Below, one piece after another: positions 21,191 through 32,853 of a stretch of DNA of 64,000 nucleotides. Each line of letters begins with the position of its first letter. Within the stretch, counting starts at the first letter, position 1. A model generated the notes under the pieces. That model was not told the DNA's origin, did not search any database, and saw nothing but the letters and a program-made list of their open reading frames with translations. Origin of the DNA: an uncultured Rivularia sp. (GTDB lineage: Bacteria; Cyanobacteriota; Cyanobacteriia; Cyanobacteriales; Nostocaceae); NCBI GenBank assembly GCA_963665115.1, contig OY762007.1, forward strand, positions 7,648,001 to 7,712,000, read 5' to 3'. The position numbers and the translations under genes were made by a program.

Positions 21191-22141
21191 ATGAAAATTT
21201 GTTATTTAATACAAAGTCATCAAAATTCAGAGCAAATTTATCGTTTAATCAAGACAATTCAAACATCCAAAACTGACAATCAAGTCATTATCAGTCATGA
21301 TTTTTCTAGTTGCAATTTAGATACAAATAGTTTAGAAAAGAATAGCGTTAAAGTTTTAAACGGAAAGGGAGGACGTGGAAATTTTTCGTCAGTTCAATCT
21401 TATTTAAATGCGATAAACTGGTTAGTTGAAAATCGGATCGAATATGATTGGTTAATTTACCTTTCCGGTCAAGATTATCCGATTAAACCAATCGCAGAAA
21501 TTGAGAATTTTTTATCAAAAACCGATTATGATGGCTTTATGGAATACTTTAATGTTTTTTCATTACTAAGTCATTGGAGTATACAAGAAGGTCAAAGCCG
21601 TTATTTATTTAGATACCGCTCGGTAAATTTTCTGAAAAGAATTCCAAATTGGTTAAAACAGTTATTTACACCAATAAAAATTATCAATTATTTACAGCCT
21701 TTCTTTAGAATAAATTTGGCGTATGAAATGTTTGGTATACGAAGGAAATCGTTATTTAATCAAGATTTTCTTTGCTATGGCGGTTCTTTTTTTACGACTT
21801 TATCCAGAAAATGTGTCGAGTATTTGCATACTTTTTGTCAAAAACATCCGGAAGCGATCGAATATTATCAGGAAGTATGCGTATCGGATGAATCTTTTCT
21901 ACAAACAATTTTAGTCAACAGTAGAAAATTTAATTTATGTAATGATAATAAGCTATACTTTGATTTCTCTAAAACTCAGAATGGGCGACCCAAAGTTTTA
22001 AGTATAAGTGATTATAATTCAATATTGCAAAGCGATGCTCATTTTGCAAGAAAGTTTGATATGGTTGAAGACCAAATAATTTTAGATATTTTAGACGAAA
22101 AAATTATGGTTCTTCCGCACTTGTTATCCGGCATTAAATAG
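21191..22141 (+). CDS. Core-2/I-branching (GT14-like) glycosyltransferase
   Basis: ICYLIQSH, LSGQDYPIK, GGSFF, DESFLQT, FARKFD. Confidence 0.85.
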   Translation: MKICYLIQSHQNSEQIYRLIKTIQTSKTDNQVIISHDFSSCNLDTNSLEKNSVKVLNGKGGRGNFSSVQSYLNAINWLVENRIEYDWLIYLSGQDYPIKPIAEIENFLSKTDYDGFMEYFNVFSLLSHWSIQEGQSRYLFRYRSVNFLKRIPNWLKQLFTPIKIINYLQPFFRINLAYEMFGIRRKSLFNQDFLCYGGSFFTTLSRKCVEYLHTFCQKHPEAIEYYQEVCVSDESFLQTILVNSRKFNLCNDNKLYFDFSKTQNGRPKVLSISDYNSILQSDAHFARKFDMVEDQIILDILDEKIMVLPHLLSGIK

Positions 22142-22221
22142 TTGTAGAAGAGGGAACAGCGAAGACAAAATTTCCAACTCCCCATCACCAATTACCCATT
22201 ACCAATTCCCAACTACCAATC

Positions 22222-23184
22222 ATGCTCAAAATACCAAAAGTCAGCGTTATAGTCCCAGCTTATAACGTCAGCAAGTATATTCAAGAGGCTCTAATTTCTT
22301 TAGAAAAGCAAACATTTTCAGACTTTGAAGTATTAATAGTTGACGACGGTTCAACTGATGATACTGCGGCTGTAGTGCAAAAATTTACTCGGAGAGATTC
22401 TAGATTTAAGTTATTACAGAAAGCGAACGGAGGTTTATCTTCAGCCCGCAATTACGGTATCAGTCATGCACAAGGTGAATATATTGCTTTACTCGATGGC
22501 GATGATGTTTACCATAAAGATAAGTTAGCAACTCATGTAGCTCGATTGTATAGTCGAGCGGATGTTGGGGTAGTTTATAGCGCTTCGCGGACAATTCGCG
22601 ATGATGGTAAATCAACGTTTATTACTTTGAGCGGTAAACCAGTCTATCCAAATCCTCTACTAGCTTTACTGTGCAAAAACTTTGTCGGGCATGGTTCTAA
22701 TGCGGTGTTTCGTCGTTGTTTAATTTCCGAAGTCGGTGGGTTTAATGAAAGCTTGCGTAGTTGGGAAGATGTTGATTTGTGGTTGCGAATCGCTGCAACG
22801 CAAAAATGGGGGTTTTATCGCGAAAAACGGGTTCTATGCTACTATCGCGTGCGTCCCTCTGGATTATCTTTTAATATCGCCCAAATGGAGGATTGTGGCG
22901 AACGGGTTATCAAAGATGCTTATCAACGTTCTCCAGAAATTAAACCGATGTTACCGACTGCTTACGCTTATATGTATCGCTATCTGACTCGCTTGTCTCT
23001 TCAGGGTGGAGATATGGAAGCAGCACGTAAGTTTATTAGACAAGCTTTGATTTCTGACAAGTCGATTTTTTACCGTGATATCCGTTCTTTAGTGACTCTG
23101 ATATCAGTACGTTTGTCACCATTAGCAAAACTAGCCATCGGAAATTCCCTTGGTTTTGCAAAAACAGCAAAAGGTAAGCACTGA
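22222..23184 (+). CDS. GT2 glycosyltransferase
   Basis: VSVIVPAYN, VDDGSTD, ARNYG, LDGDD, EDVDLWLR. Confidence 0.9.
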   Translation: MLKIPKVSVIVPAYNVSKYIQEALISLEKQTFSDFEVLIVDDGSTDDTAAVVQKFTRRDSRFKLLQKANGGLSSARNYGISHAQGEYIALLDGDDVYHKDKLATHVARLYSRADVGVVYSASRTIRDDGKSTFITLSGKPVYPNPLLALLCKNFVGHGSNAVFRRCLISEVGGFNESLRSWEDVDLWLRIAATQKWGFYREKRVLCYYRVRPSGLSFNIAQMEDCGERVIKDAYQRSPEIKPMLPTAYAYMYRYLTRLSLQGGDMEAARKFIRQALISDKSIFYRDIRSLVTLISVRLSPLAKLAIGNSLGFAKTAKGKH

Positions 23185-23186
23185 TA

Positions 23187-24617
23187 GTGAAAGCAATTGC
23201 AATTTTTAAAAATGGTCTATGGATTTCCTATGCTACATTTATCACCCGTATCTTCGCGTTCCTTAGTAGTTTAGTTTTAGCAAGACTATTACAACCATCT
23301 GATTTCGGAATCATCGGTATTGCCTATGTTTTCTGGTCTTTTTTCTCGTTATTTATCCAAGACACTGCGGGTGCTTTCATTATTTATAAGGGAATAGAAC
23401 ATCCTAAATATGTAAACACCGCTTATACTATCAGTTTGTTAGTTGGATTAGCTTTAGCATTAGGAGTAGCGGCTACATCCCCTTTGATTGCTAGTTTCTT
23501 TCAAGAACCAGCCTTAACATGGATACTAATAGCTTTTGCGTTCAATCTGATACTGTCTTCCGCTAGCTACGTTTATTCGAGCGTGATGACTCGACAGATG
23601 AAGTATCGAGGAATTGCAAATATTACTTTAGCTAACTCAATTACGCGATTGCTTTGCACTACGGGTGCTGCATTTTTAGGATTTAGTTACTGGTCTTTTG
23701 TAATTGGTGATACTGCATCTTGGATTGTGAATTGCGTTCTAACTCGATATTATTCCGGATATAAATTTCGCTTGCAAATTGATCCAGAAGTTAGATCGGA
23801 AGTTCAATCTTTCTATTTTGGTACTGTTGCTTCTAGCTTTGGTTTGTATACCAATTTCAACATTGATAATTTTGCTGTAGGAAAACTATTAGGTAGTGCA
23901 AGTCTCGGTTACTACAATCTTGCCTATCAATTAACAAATGCATTCTCAAGCATTGCTAATGCTGTATTTAATCAATTAGGAATGCCAGTTTTTGCTCAGT
24001 TATCGGATGATACACAACAACAAAATACTTTATTAAAAGTAGTAGAGCAAACGGCAATTTTAACGGCTGCGATTTGCACTTTAATTTTCTTGATAGCAGA
24101 TTCGCAGGTAGTTACTTTCGTTTTTGGAGAAAAGTGGCTGCCGATTGTCCAAGTAATTCCCGGTTTACTGATTTTTTCTTACTTCCGTATCATTAATTCT
24201 TCACTTTTTTCGATGTTAGTTGCTAAAGGTCGTCCCGATATCAATGCTAAAGTAAACTTACAAATTGCTCCGATTGCAGTAGGTAGTTTCATACTTGGTG
24301 CAAATCTAGGTGGAATAGTGGGAGTCAGTTTGGCTGTAGCAATAGTATTAGGAATTGGCTGGACTCTTTACTGGTGGTGGGCAGCTTGTCGAAACTTACA
24401 CTGGTCATTTCCTAAATTCATTACTCCTTGTTTTATCCCGATTTTGTTAATAATCCCAGGTTTAGTACTTTCAGTTAATTTACCTCTCTTTATTCGACCG
24501 ATCGCGTTTATTTCAATTTACTTAATTGCCATACGTATTTTTCAGCCTCAAATATTTTTACAATACAAAAGACGATTAAATCAATTGATTAGACGATTCG
24601 GCAAAATTTATGATTAG
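23187..24617 (+). CDS. wzx: Wzx-type oligosaccharide flippase
   Basis: LARLL.P.DFG, LGYYNLAY, about 12 TM segments. Confidence 0.85.
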   Translation: MKAIAIFKNGLWISYATFITRIFAFLSSLVLARLLQPSDFGIIGIAYVFWSFFSLFIQDTAGAFIIYKGIEHPKYVNTAYTISLLVGLALALGVAATSPLIASFFQEPALTWILIAFAFNLILSSASYVYSSVMTRQMKYRGIANITLANSITRLLCTTGAAFLGFSYWSFVIGDTASWIVNCVLTRYYSGYKFRLQIDPEVRSEVQSFYFGTVASSFGLYTNFNIDNFAVGKLLGSASLGYYNLAYQLTNAFSSIANAVFNQLGMPVFAQLSDDTQQQNTLLKVVEQTAILTAAICTLIFLIADSQVVTFVFGEKWLPIVQVIPGLLIFSYFRIINSSLFSMLVAKGRPDINAKVNLQIAPIAVGSFILGANLGGIVGVSLAVAIVLGIGWTLYWWWAACRNLHWSFPKFITPCFIPILLIIPGLVLSVNLPLFIRPIAFISIYLIAIRIFQPQIFLQYKRRLNQLIRRFGKIYD

Positions 24618-24719
24618 TCGCAAAGGACGGGCAGGTATGTCCATCCTAGAAGAAATAAGAATGCATCGTCTTCTCACTGTTGCTCGTTGCCCATTCCCTA
24701 TTCCCTTAAAATAGTAAAA

Positions 24720-25706
24720 ATGATTAACAACTATACACCACTAATATCTGTAATTATTCCCGTATACAATGGAGAAAAAACAATTGGTGAAACAATTTAT
24801 TCGGTATTGAATCAAACTTATCAAAATCTAGAACTAATTGTAATTAATGATGGTTCTCTGGATTTGACATTAAATATAATTGCTAGTATCAAAGATAATC
24901 GTTTGCAGGTATTTTCCTATAAAAATGCCGGTGTTTGTATGAGTCGCAATCGTGGAATTGAACGAGCTTCCGGTCAGTTTATTTCCTTTTTAGATGCTGA
25001 CGATATTTGGACTCCAGATAAACTTGAAGCGCAATTAAAAGCTTTGCAAGCAAATCCTCAAGCCTCAGTTGCTTATAGCTGGGTTGACTACATAGATGAA
25101 TACGGTGAATTTTTCCGTCATGGTAATCATATAACTATTAATGGTAATGCTTACGAAAAAATGTTGATCCAAAACGTTTTAGAAAATGGCTCCAATCCCT
25201 TAATTCGTAGGCAAGCATTGATTAATATTGGTACTTTTAACCAGTCATTAACACTAGCTGAAGATTGGGATATGTGGCTGCGTTTAGCAAAGCGTTATGA
25301 TTTTGTTACCGTACCTTATCCTCATGTTTTATATCGGACTTCTTCGCGTTCGGTATCTACTAATGTTTTGCAAATGGAAAAATCCTGTTTGAAATTTATC
25401 GAACAAGCTTTTAATCGCGCTCCCGTATCGCTGCAATATTTAAAAAGAAAATCCCTTGCAAACCTTTATCATTATCTAACTTTTAAATCATTAGAATCTC
25501 CTTCGGGACAAAAAAACGCTTTTATTGCCATGCGATTTTTCGGAAATGTAATTCAGAATGATTTATCTGCGATTATGCAATGGCAAACCATCTCTAAAGT
25601 ATTATTCAAAATTTTGATGGTGCTTCTTCTCCCACCCCAACAATATAAAACATTGAAAATTAAACTTAAGAGATTTTTTGTGAAAAGAAACCCAGTGATG
25701 GGGTGA
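24720..25706 (+). CDS. GT2 glycosyltransferase
   Basis: ISVIIPVYN, INDGS, FLDADD, EDWDMWLR. Confidence 0.9.
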   Translation: MINNYTPLISVIIPVYNGEKTIGETIYSVLNQTYQNLELIVINDGSLDLTLNIIASIKDNRLQVFSYKNAGVCMSRNRGIERASGQFISFLDADDIWTPDKLEAQLKALQANPQASVAYSWVDYIDEYGEFFRHGNHITINGNAYEKMLIQNVLENGSNPLIRRQALINIGTFNQSLTLAEDWDMWLRLAKRYDFVTVPYPHVLYRTSSRSVSTNVLQMEKSCLKFIEQAFNRAPVSLQYLKRKSLANLYHYLTFKSLESPSGQKNAFIAMRFFGNVIQNDLSAIMQWQTISKVLFKILMVLLLPPQQYKTLKIKLKRFFVKRNPVMG

Positions 25707-25856
25707 TGGGTAATTGGGGATTGGGCATAGGGCATTGGGGATTGGGCATAGGTAATGGGTAATTATTCTTAATTCTTAATTCCTAACTACTAATCACTAA
25801 CTCCTAACTACTAACCACTAACCACTAACTACTAACTACTAACAACTAATTGATAA

Positions 25857-27002
25857 ATGTTTAATTTCGGTTTTATTGTAGAGCAGGCATTAGGACATAT
25901 TACCCACTATCAAAACTTAAGATACTGGGTAGATAAAGATACTAATATCAAACCAAGTTGGATGCCTGTGGGAGCAAGCACAAATGATGTTTGGGAGAAA
26001 TTGCCAGTTATTCGGAATAATTGGTCGCTGCAAGTTAGTCTGCGTACTCGTAAAGCGATAAAAGCAGCGATGGAATTACAAAAACCAGACGCATTATTTC
26101 TGCATACTCAGACATTAGCGCTGTTTGCTATTCCTTTAATGCATCGCATCCCAACGATAATTTCTACCGATGCGACTCCTTTTAACCTTGATAGTATTGC
26201 TACTGGCTACAACCATAAAGTAGGCGGTAATTATTTTGCTGAATATGGTAAATATCAATGGAATAAAAGTACGTATAATGCTGCTACTGCAATTGTGACA
26301 TGGTGCGAATGGGCTAAAAATTCGTTGGTTGATAACTATGGCATACCTGCCGAGAAAATCGCAGTAATTCCACCAGGTGTAGATTTAAAACAGTGGGATT
26401 TTAGACGCGAACATATAGAACCTGTTGCTAAAAATCCCTTACGATTATTGTTTGTAGGAGGAGATTTTGCTCGTAAAGGTGGTTATACACTTCTCGAAGC
26501 TTTTCTTAACGGTTTAGATCGGGATTTTACTTTAGATATAGTTACCAAAGATACCAGCCTCAAGCAAGAATTAACCGGAATCAACAACCTCCAGCTACAT
26601 TACGATTTAACTGCTAATAGCGAGCGTTTAAAACAACTTTACGCCCAAGCAGATATTTTTGTCTTCCCTACACAAGCAGATTGCTTACCCAGTGCAATTT
26701 CCGAAGCGATGGCCGCAGGTTTACCAGTTATTGCTACTAATGTTGGTGCTGTATGCGAGCAAGTAGAACATGGAGTTAACGGCTTAATTGTGCCACCTTC
26801 AGATGCTGCTGCCTTGGCGATCGCCCTGCAAACTCTCAAAAATAATCCAGAAAAAATAAGGGCTATGGCTGCTGCTAGTCGTCGGATAGCCGAAAAGCGT
26901 TTTGATGCTCAACGCAATTATGGTGAGATTCTCAACTTAATGAAAAGCATATCCCAAAAATCTGGGTCGCAATATAAAGCGGGGAATCTTTTCCATGTCT
27001 AA
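25857..27002 (+). CDS. GT4 glycosyltransferase
   Basis: RKGG, ADIFVFPT, EAMAAGLPVIAT. Confidence 0.9.
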   Translation: MFNFGFIVEQALGHITHYQNLRYWVDKDTNIKPSWMPVGASTNDVWEKLPVIRNNWSLQVSLRTRKAIKAAMELQKPDALFLHTQTLALFAIPLMHRIPTIISTDATPFNLDSIATGYNHKVGGNYFAEYGKYQWNKSTYNAATAIVTWCEWAKNSLVDNYGIPAEKIAVIPPGVDLKQWDFRREHIEPVAKNPLRLLFVGGDFARKGGYTLLEAFLNGLDRDFTLDIVTKDTSLKQELTGINNLQLHYDLTANSERLKQLYAQADIFVFPTQADCLPSAISEAMAAGLPVIATNVGAVCEQVEHGVNGLIVPPSDAAALAIALQTLKNNPEKIRAMAAASRRIAEKRFDAQRNYGEILNLMKSISQKSGSQYKAGNLFHV

Positions 27003-28104
27003 ATCGCCCCCCGATATTGCCATCTTTCTTCGCTGTCTTTATAGCGGTGGTGCGGAAAGAGTAGTGTTGAATTTAGCTCGGGGTTTTGTAGAGCAAGGGC
27101 TGAAAGTTGACATGATACTTGCAAAAGCCTGTGGTTCTTTATTAGAACAATTGCCATCAGAAATTCGATTGATAGATTTAAAAGCAGAATCTAAGATTAG
27201 TATTCTACCTAAATTAATCAAATACTTGCGAGCAGAAAATCCTGCAAGTATGCTGGCAGCTTTGCATTATCCTTGCGAAATAGCCCTCTTAGCAAAACGC
27301 ATTGCTGGGGTACCAACCCGAATAGTCATATCCGAACACAATCATCTTTCGCTAGAAGCCAAACGCATTCCGCAATTTTCAGTACGTTTGACACCAATTG
27401 CGGCGAGACTTTTGTACCCGTGGGCTGATGGAATTGTCAGCGTTTCTCAAGGAGTCGCGGAAGATTTAGCCAAGGTGACTAAGCTACCTAAGAAGCGCAT
27501 CGATCTAATTTACAATCCAGTTATTACTCCCGAACTGTTTATTAAAGCACAAGACAAACTAAATAATCCGTGGTTTCAACCAGGAGAACCGCCAGTTATC
27601 CTAGCAGTAGGAAGATTGCATCAGCAAAAAGACTACCCTACTTTATTACGTGCATTTCTCAAAGTCCGACAATTGCGTAGATGTCGGTTAGTAATCTTAG
27701 GGGAAGGGCCTGAAAAAGAAAATTTAAACAATTTAATTTATGAATTGGACTTACAAGCAGATGTTGCAATGTTGGGTTTTGTGGATAATCCTTATGCTTA
27801 TATGGCTCATAGTGCAGCTTTCGTATTATCCTCTGCTTGGGAAGGTTTTGGTAACGTAATTGCAGAAGCCTTAGCAGTCGGAACACCAGTAGTATCAACA
27901 AATTGCGAAAGCGGCCCAGCCGAGATTTTAGCAAACGGAAAATATGGTGAATTAACCCCAGTCGGCGATGCAAAAGCTATGGCAGAAGCTATTTTAAGCA
28001 TACTCGCAGGCAATATCAAGCAAGTAGATCCGGACTGGCTAAATCAATTTAAATTAGAAACTTGCGCCGAAAAGTACTTAAAAGTATTAGCAGTGAGCAG
28101 TTAA
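26995..28104 (+). CDS. GT4 glycosyltransferase
   Basis: GGAER, VGRL..QKD, EGFGNVIAEALA.GTPVV. Confidence 0.9.
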   Translation: MSKSPPDIAIFLRCLYSGGAERVVLNLARGFVEQGLKVDMILAKACGSLLEQLPSEIRLIDLKAESKISILPKLIKYLRAENPASMLAALHYPCEIALLAKRIAGVPTRIVISEHNHLSLEAKRIPQFSVRLTPIAARLLYPWADGIVSVSQGVAEDLAKVTKLPKKRIDLIYNPVITPELFIKAQDKLNNPWFQPGEPPVILAVGRLHQQKDYPTLLRAFLKVRQLRRCRLVILGEGPEKENLNNLIYELDLQADVAMLGFVDNPYAYMAHSAAFVLSSAWEGFGNVIAEALAVGTPVVSTNCESGPAEILANGKYGELTPVGDAKAMAEAILSILAGNIKQVDPDWLNQFKLETCAEKYLKVLAVSS

Positions 28105-28146
28105 TATTTTTTCTCCCCCCTCCACCCCCTCTCCCTTCTCTTAAAA

Positions 28147-29505
28147 ATGTTCGCATTTAACCCACCAGCTAAAACCCGCAATCAAATTAATTCAAAATCC
28201 GAAGCCAAATCCGAAGCCGAACGGGTAATTTACTGGACAATTATTTTGACACCTCTTTGGTGGCTTTTGGGATTACAAACTATTGTTTATCCAGTTGTCA
28301 GCGGGTTTTTACTAATAGCTGGTTTGCGAGTAGATAAGCTGATTAAAAACTCTTTGCCATTTTGTAATTGGGCATGGTTGGGAATAACTTTTGCTGCACT
28401 TTGGACAAATATTGTCGGGTTAGAAACAATTGGTTTTGAGACTTTAAAAACAGCAGCGACATTATTCACTTTATTTAAAGGCTATTTTATGATATTTGCC
28501 TGTATGACTTTACCCTTTTGGCATCGCATTAGGGTACAAACCATTACACGGGCTGTATCGTTGATGGCAAGTAGCTATTCAATACTTTTAGCAATTCAAC
28601 TACTAATACTTTTTGGTTTAGGGCCACAAGAACATTTTTTACCACCTTTAGCTCGTTTAATTCCAGGTGAAAAAACCAGTTTGATGGTTAAGTTTGCTGA
28701 AATTCAACCGTTTTTCGGTATACCTTTACCAAGGACAGATCTTTATACGGCAGATCCTCCAATTTTAGGAGTTTGCAGTCTTTTATGTTTCTTCATATGC
28801 TTGAGCGAAACTAATAAAAACTGGCGAAAATTAGCTTTAACTGGGAGTTTTATTAGTCTAATAATTTCTCAAAGTCGTCTTGCTTGGCTATGTTTTCCGT
28901 TAGTTTGGCTAATTCTATATTGTTTCCGAAGTGGGTTGGCTCGCCAAGCTTATTTATGGGTAATATCTATTATTTCTTTATTTGCTGCTGCATTGAGTTT
29001 GACGATAAAAGATTTAATCGCTTCACCAATGGCCACTTTTAACAGCGCTCGTGCTGACTCATCAAAAGATCGAGAATATATTGTGAATGCAACTATAGAT
29101 GCATGGAAAGAATCCCCGTGGCTGGGATGGGGTTTTATGCAGGAAACCGCAAGCTGGGGAAATGGAGCTTTTGTACTGCCTTTAGGAACGTTTTCTTCTT
29201 ATGCCCAAGTGCTTTATATACACGGTATTTTCGGATTTATTTTCTTTATAAACGCGCTTATTTCAACATTGTGTAGTTTTTGGCAACCTGCTATCAAGGG
29301 AAACCAGCTTTGTCAGCGTGCATTCGGCAGTTTAATCGCCTTATATTTACTAATTCATGCCACTAATTTAACCTGGATGGCAATTCATTTCTGGTTCTTT
29401 TTCATTTGGTTGGGAGCGATTCTTTCGGAAGTACAACAACAACGATTAGATGTTACCGAATGGGAAGAGTTATTAGATCAAAGGTTAAAGGTAACTGATA
29501 ATTGA
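28147..29505 (+). CDS. Wzy polymerase / O-antigen ligase-like membrane protein
   Basis: Multi-TM; SQSR, PWLGWG and a late periplasmic loop; polysaccharide cluster context. Confidence 0.75.
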   Translation: MFAFNPPAKTRNQINSKSEAKSEAERVIYWTIILTPLWWLLGLQTIVYPVVSGFLLIAGLRVDKLIKNSLPFCNWAWLGITFAALWTNIVGLETIGFETLKTAATLFTLFKGYFMIFACMTLPFWHRIRVQTITRAVSLMASSYSILLAIQLLILFGLGPQEHFLPPLARLIPGEKTSLMVKFAEIQPFFGIPLPRTDLYTADPPILGVCSLLCFFICLSETNKNWRKLALTGSFISLIISQSRLAWLCFPLVWLILYCFRSGLARQAYLWVISIISLFAAALSLTIKDLIASPMATFNSARADSSKDREYIVNATIDAWKESPWLGWGFMQETASWGNGAFVLPLGTFSSYAQVLYIHGIFGFIFFINALISTLCSFWQPAIKGNQLCQRAFGSLIALYLLIHATNLTWMAIHFWFFFIWLGAILSEVQQQRLDVTEWEELLDQRLKVTDN

Positions 29506-29541
29506 TAATTGACAATTGATAATTGATAACTGACTAATATT

Positions 29542-31576
29542 ATGAATAAAATAACTGCGATCGCGATTAGACATTGGAAGCCTGTAATACTCTGGAACCT
29601 TTTAGTTGTAAGTCTTACTGCTTATATTGCTACAGTTACGCCACGGATGTGGAATGCTACAGCACAATTGACGATTCCTGCGACAAATGGCAATTTGGAT
29701 GCTAGTTTGGGCATTTTGGGTTCTTTTAGAAAAGATGCTAGTGGTATTTCTGCAATTAGCGACAGTCAATTACAAATGCAGAAAAGTATTCTAACTAGCG
29801 ATACTTTAATGGAAAAAGTATTTGGTGCTGACTCACAAAATAATGAATTTGATAGCCTACCCGAATACAAATCGCTATTTGAAATTTCCATCGATGAAAA
29901 CTCGCGCATTATTACCGTAAATACTAAAGGTTTTTCACCCGAATCTGCAAAACTGCGAACCAATAATTTTATCATTCTTTATCAACAACGGCTTAAAGAA
30001 CTGCGGCAGCAAAACCGTTTATCAAAAAGAGAATTTAGTGCGGTTGAATTAGAAGATGCTCGCAATAATTTGATGTCGGCACAACAAGATTTGGCGGAAT
30101 TTAAACAATCTAGTGCTTTGGTTGATGCCGAAGAACAAACAAAGGCAATTGTTACGACGATTGATAATTTAACTAAGGCTCAATTGGAGGCATTATCTCA
30201 AGTTGAATACAATCAGAATCGCGTTAATACTTTGTCAAATCTGCTGAGTATGTCCTCAAACCAAGCGATTCGTTCTTTAAGCTTGGGCGAAAATAGAGAT
30301 TATCAATTTATGAGAGGAAAGTTAGCAGAAATAAAAGCTAATTTATCTAGTTTGCGTGCTAAGTATACCGATAATCATCCCGCTGTTCGAGAACTTTTAC
30401 AACAAGAACAAGTATTATCAAATCGGATACAAAAGCAAGTCAAACAAACTGGTGGTGGTACTCCTATCGATACTACCGTAAGCGGTGAAGGAGAAGGACG
30501 CGCTGGTTTAATTGAACAATTAATTTTGGCAGAAACTGAAGCCTCCGGTCAACATAAACGCGCTCAACTGATACAAAATCAAATAAACCAACTAAAAAAT
30601 AATTTAAATTCGATTCCGCAACAGCAAAAAAGATTACTAGAACTTCAACGCAGCGTTGATGTTGCGGAGGGAGTTTATAAAGGTTTAGTTGCTCAAGTAC
30701 AGCAAACTAATATTGATGTTTTTGATGTTTATCCAAACGTAGAAATATTAGATTCACCTAGAGCTAATAACAGCCCGATTTCGCCCAAAAAGTCCTTGAT
30801 GATTTTAAATGCTTTATTGGCAGGAATCACTGGCAGCCTTGCTTTAATATTACTTTTAGAAAGACGGAATCCATTATTAAGTCCTCAAGATTTAAAAGAT
30901 ATGAAATTCCCGATGGTTGTTTCTATCCCCCGACTTCAGAATGCGGAGCTAACATCTGATGATGATGATGATGAGAAACAGGTAAAATTCCAACGTCTTG
31001 CTTCAGCACTTAGCTTACAACCTTTAAATAATCGTCATCTTTTAATTACCAGCGCGATGGAAAGCGAAGGTAAGACAACTGTAACTCTAGGGCTAGCAAA
31101 AGCATTAGTAGATTTAGGCTTCCGAGTGCTGGTAGTTGATGGAGATTTTATCCGAGCAGAGCTTACTCAAAACTTGGGTTTCACTCAAGAATTAAACATT
31201 ACCAACGAGGTTATCTCCATAGCTCCCAACTTAGATTTATTACCTACAACACCACGAAGCGGCAAAATCGTAAAAATGGTATCCGAAGGAAGATTCCAAC
31301 AAGCGCTAGCAGATGCCGAATCTCATAGTAAGTACGATTATGTTTTGGTTGATACCGCCCCGGTAAGCGCTACAACTGCTACAGCATTAATGACTGCTCA
31401 AATTCCCAATGTATTGTTCGTTGTTAAACCAGGTATGAGTTTTAGTAACTCAGTTTCGCGATAGCTTACAGCAGTTAATGGAACATCAAGCTCAAGTATT
31501 AGGTTTAGTTGTCAATGGCGTGGAAATTGATGCTAAACCTTACAAGCAGCGGTTGCACGAGCAGGTAATTAGTTAG
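29542..31576 (+). CDS. wzc: Wzc/GumC polysaccharide co-polymerase (frameshift at ~31455)
   Basis: YTDNHP, SPKK, EGKTT, DTAP; removing one T at 31454-31456 continues VRDSLQQL...VLGLVVNG to TAG at 31576. Confidence 0.85.
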
Positions 31577-31588
31577 TCAATAGCGCAG

Positions 31589-31691
31589 TAAGCTGATGTG
31601 CAGCTAAATTGTATAAAACAAAATTTGGTAATTATTGTAGTGCGGGCATCTTGCCCGCTAGTACTATACAAATTAAGTGCGTAACAACTTA
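31589..31691. mobile_element. MITE-like element, family B (second copy)
   Basis: Homologous to 13770-13872. Confidence 0.7.
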
Positions 31692-31810
31692 GTACATTTC
31701 ATTAGTTCCGACGGAATGTAGAGACGTAGCATTGCTACGTCTAGCGACGTTTCCCGCAAAAACAAACCCGTCAACTTCACGATCTTAATTTTGATAGATA
31801 GAAGTAGTGT
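31692..31810. mobile_element. MITE-like element, family A
   Basis: GTAGAGACGTAGCATTGCTACGTCT palindrome and AAAAACAAACCCGTCAA segment shared with other copies. Confidence 0.6.
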
Positions 31811-32376
31811 CAAATTTCCACCCCGATATAAATATGCGGGGCTACCATTTTCCCGCGTACTTTTAGGTGTGATTTGGAAAGCTCGCTCATTACCATCAGG
31901 GAGCGAGACGCTCCCACTACAAAAACGATAGTAAAGCTTTCTGATTTAATTTAAATTCAATTTTATAAAAATTCCGATGCTCAACTTTCAATAAAAGATT
32001 ACTTTGAGACTCAGCTATTTTGAAGCGATTTTCCTACTATTTATAAACTGGTGAAGTATTATCGATAAAATATTTATCTTCGTAAATATATTTTATAAAT
32101 CTTTCTAAAAAGTAAATACAGGAATTCAAAAATCTGCGAATATATGAAGAGTATTTTCTAAAATCTTAATTTCTAGCGACGAATCATTAACTACTAACTA
32201 CCAACTATTATCTCAAATTACTTGAGCGTCATAACCATAAGGACATTTCAATGCTGCTTTTCGCTAAATCTCCTATTTAAGAACATCTAATCAATTAAGA
32301 CGTTGTTAAAAAGGTTGACGCTCAATTTCTATTACCGATATTTGACACTGCTATTCGATATTACTCAAAGTAGCTT

Positions 32377-32709
32377 TTAACAGTAAGATTGGATATCTTC
32401 ACCGCACTGGTCTACTAAATAACATAAAGCCTTAAAACGCAAGCTCACGAATTGCTCGTAAAGTGGGTTGATTTTGCATAAAGGCGGAATATGAAGCAGT
32501 TTACGTCCAAGCAATACGATATCTCGTTCAAATGGACAATCGGCTGGAATAAGTTTTGCAATAAAATGTGCAAATTTACGATTGTGAATTTCTAAAGAAT
32601 CTAACCATTTACGCAAAGGCTGTAAAAAGTCGAATTTAGGTTTAATTAATTGCTTTTGGCTTTTTAACTGGTTACTTAATTCTGTAAAATTATTGATTAC
32701 TTGTAACAT
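32377..32709 (-). CDS. Mo-dependent nitrogenase C-terminal domain protein
   Basis: IPADCPFERD, HIPPLCKINPLYEQ, LRFKALCYL. Confidence 0.9.
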   Translation of the reverse strand: MLQVINNFTELSNQLKSQKQLIKPKFDFLQPLRKWLDSLEIHNRKFAHFIAKLIPADCPFERDIVLLGRKLLHIPPLCKINPLYEQFVSLRFKALCYLVDQCGEDIQSYC

Positions 32710-32837
32710 AACTATTGTCAGTTTCCCCTCAGATTGTTCCTAATAATCCGACTATAACTCAACAAAAGTATTCAGAAGTTTTCTTCTTGATAATACTTTC
32801 GCTATTAATTATTTAACTTCACCATACAGCTAAAAAC

Positions 32838-32853
32838 TGTACTACTTACTACA
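32838..32853. promoter_or_regulatory. Possible NtcA (CRP-family) binding site
   Basis: TGTA-ctacttac-TACA = GTA-N8-TAC, ~130 bp upstream of the 32709 start; no canonically spaced -10 found. Confidence 0.4.
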
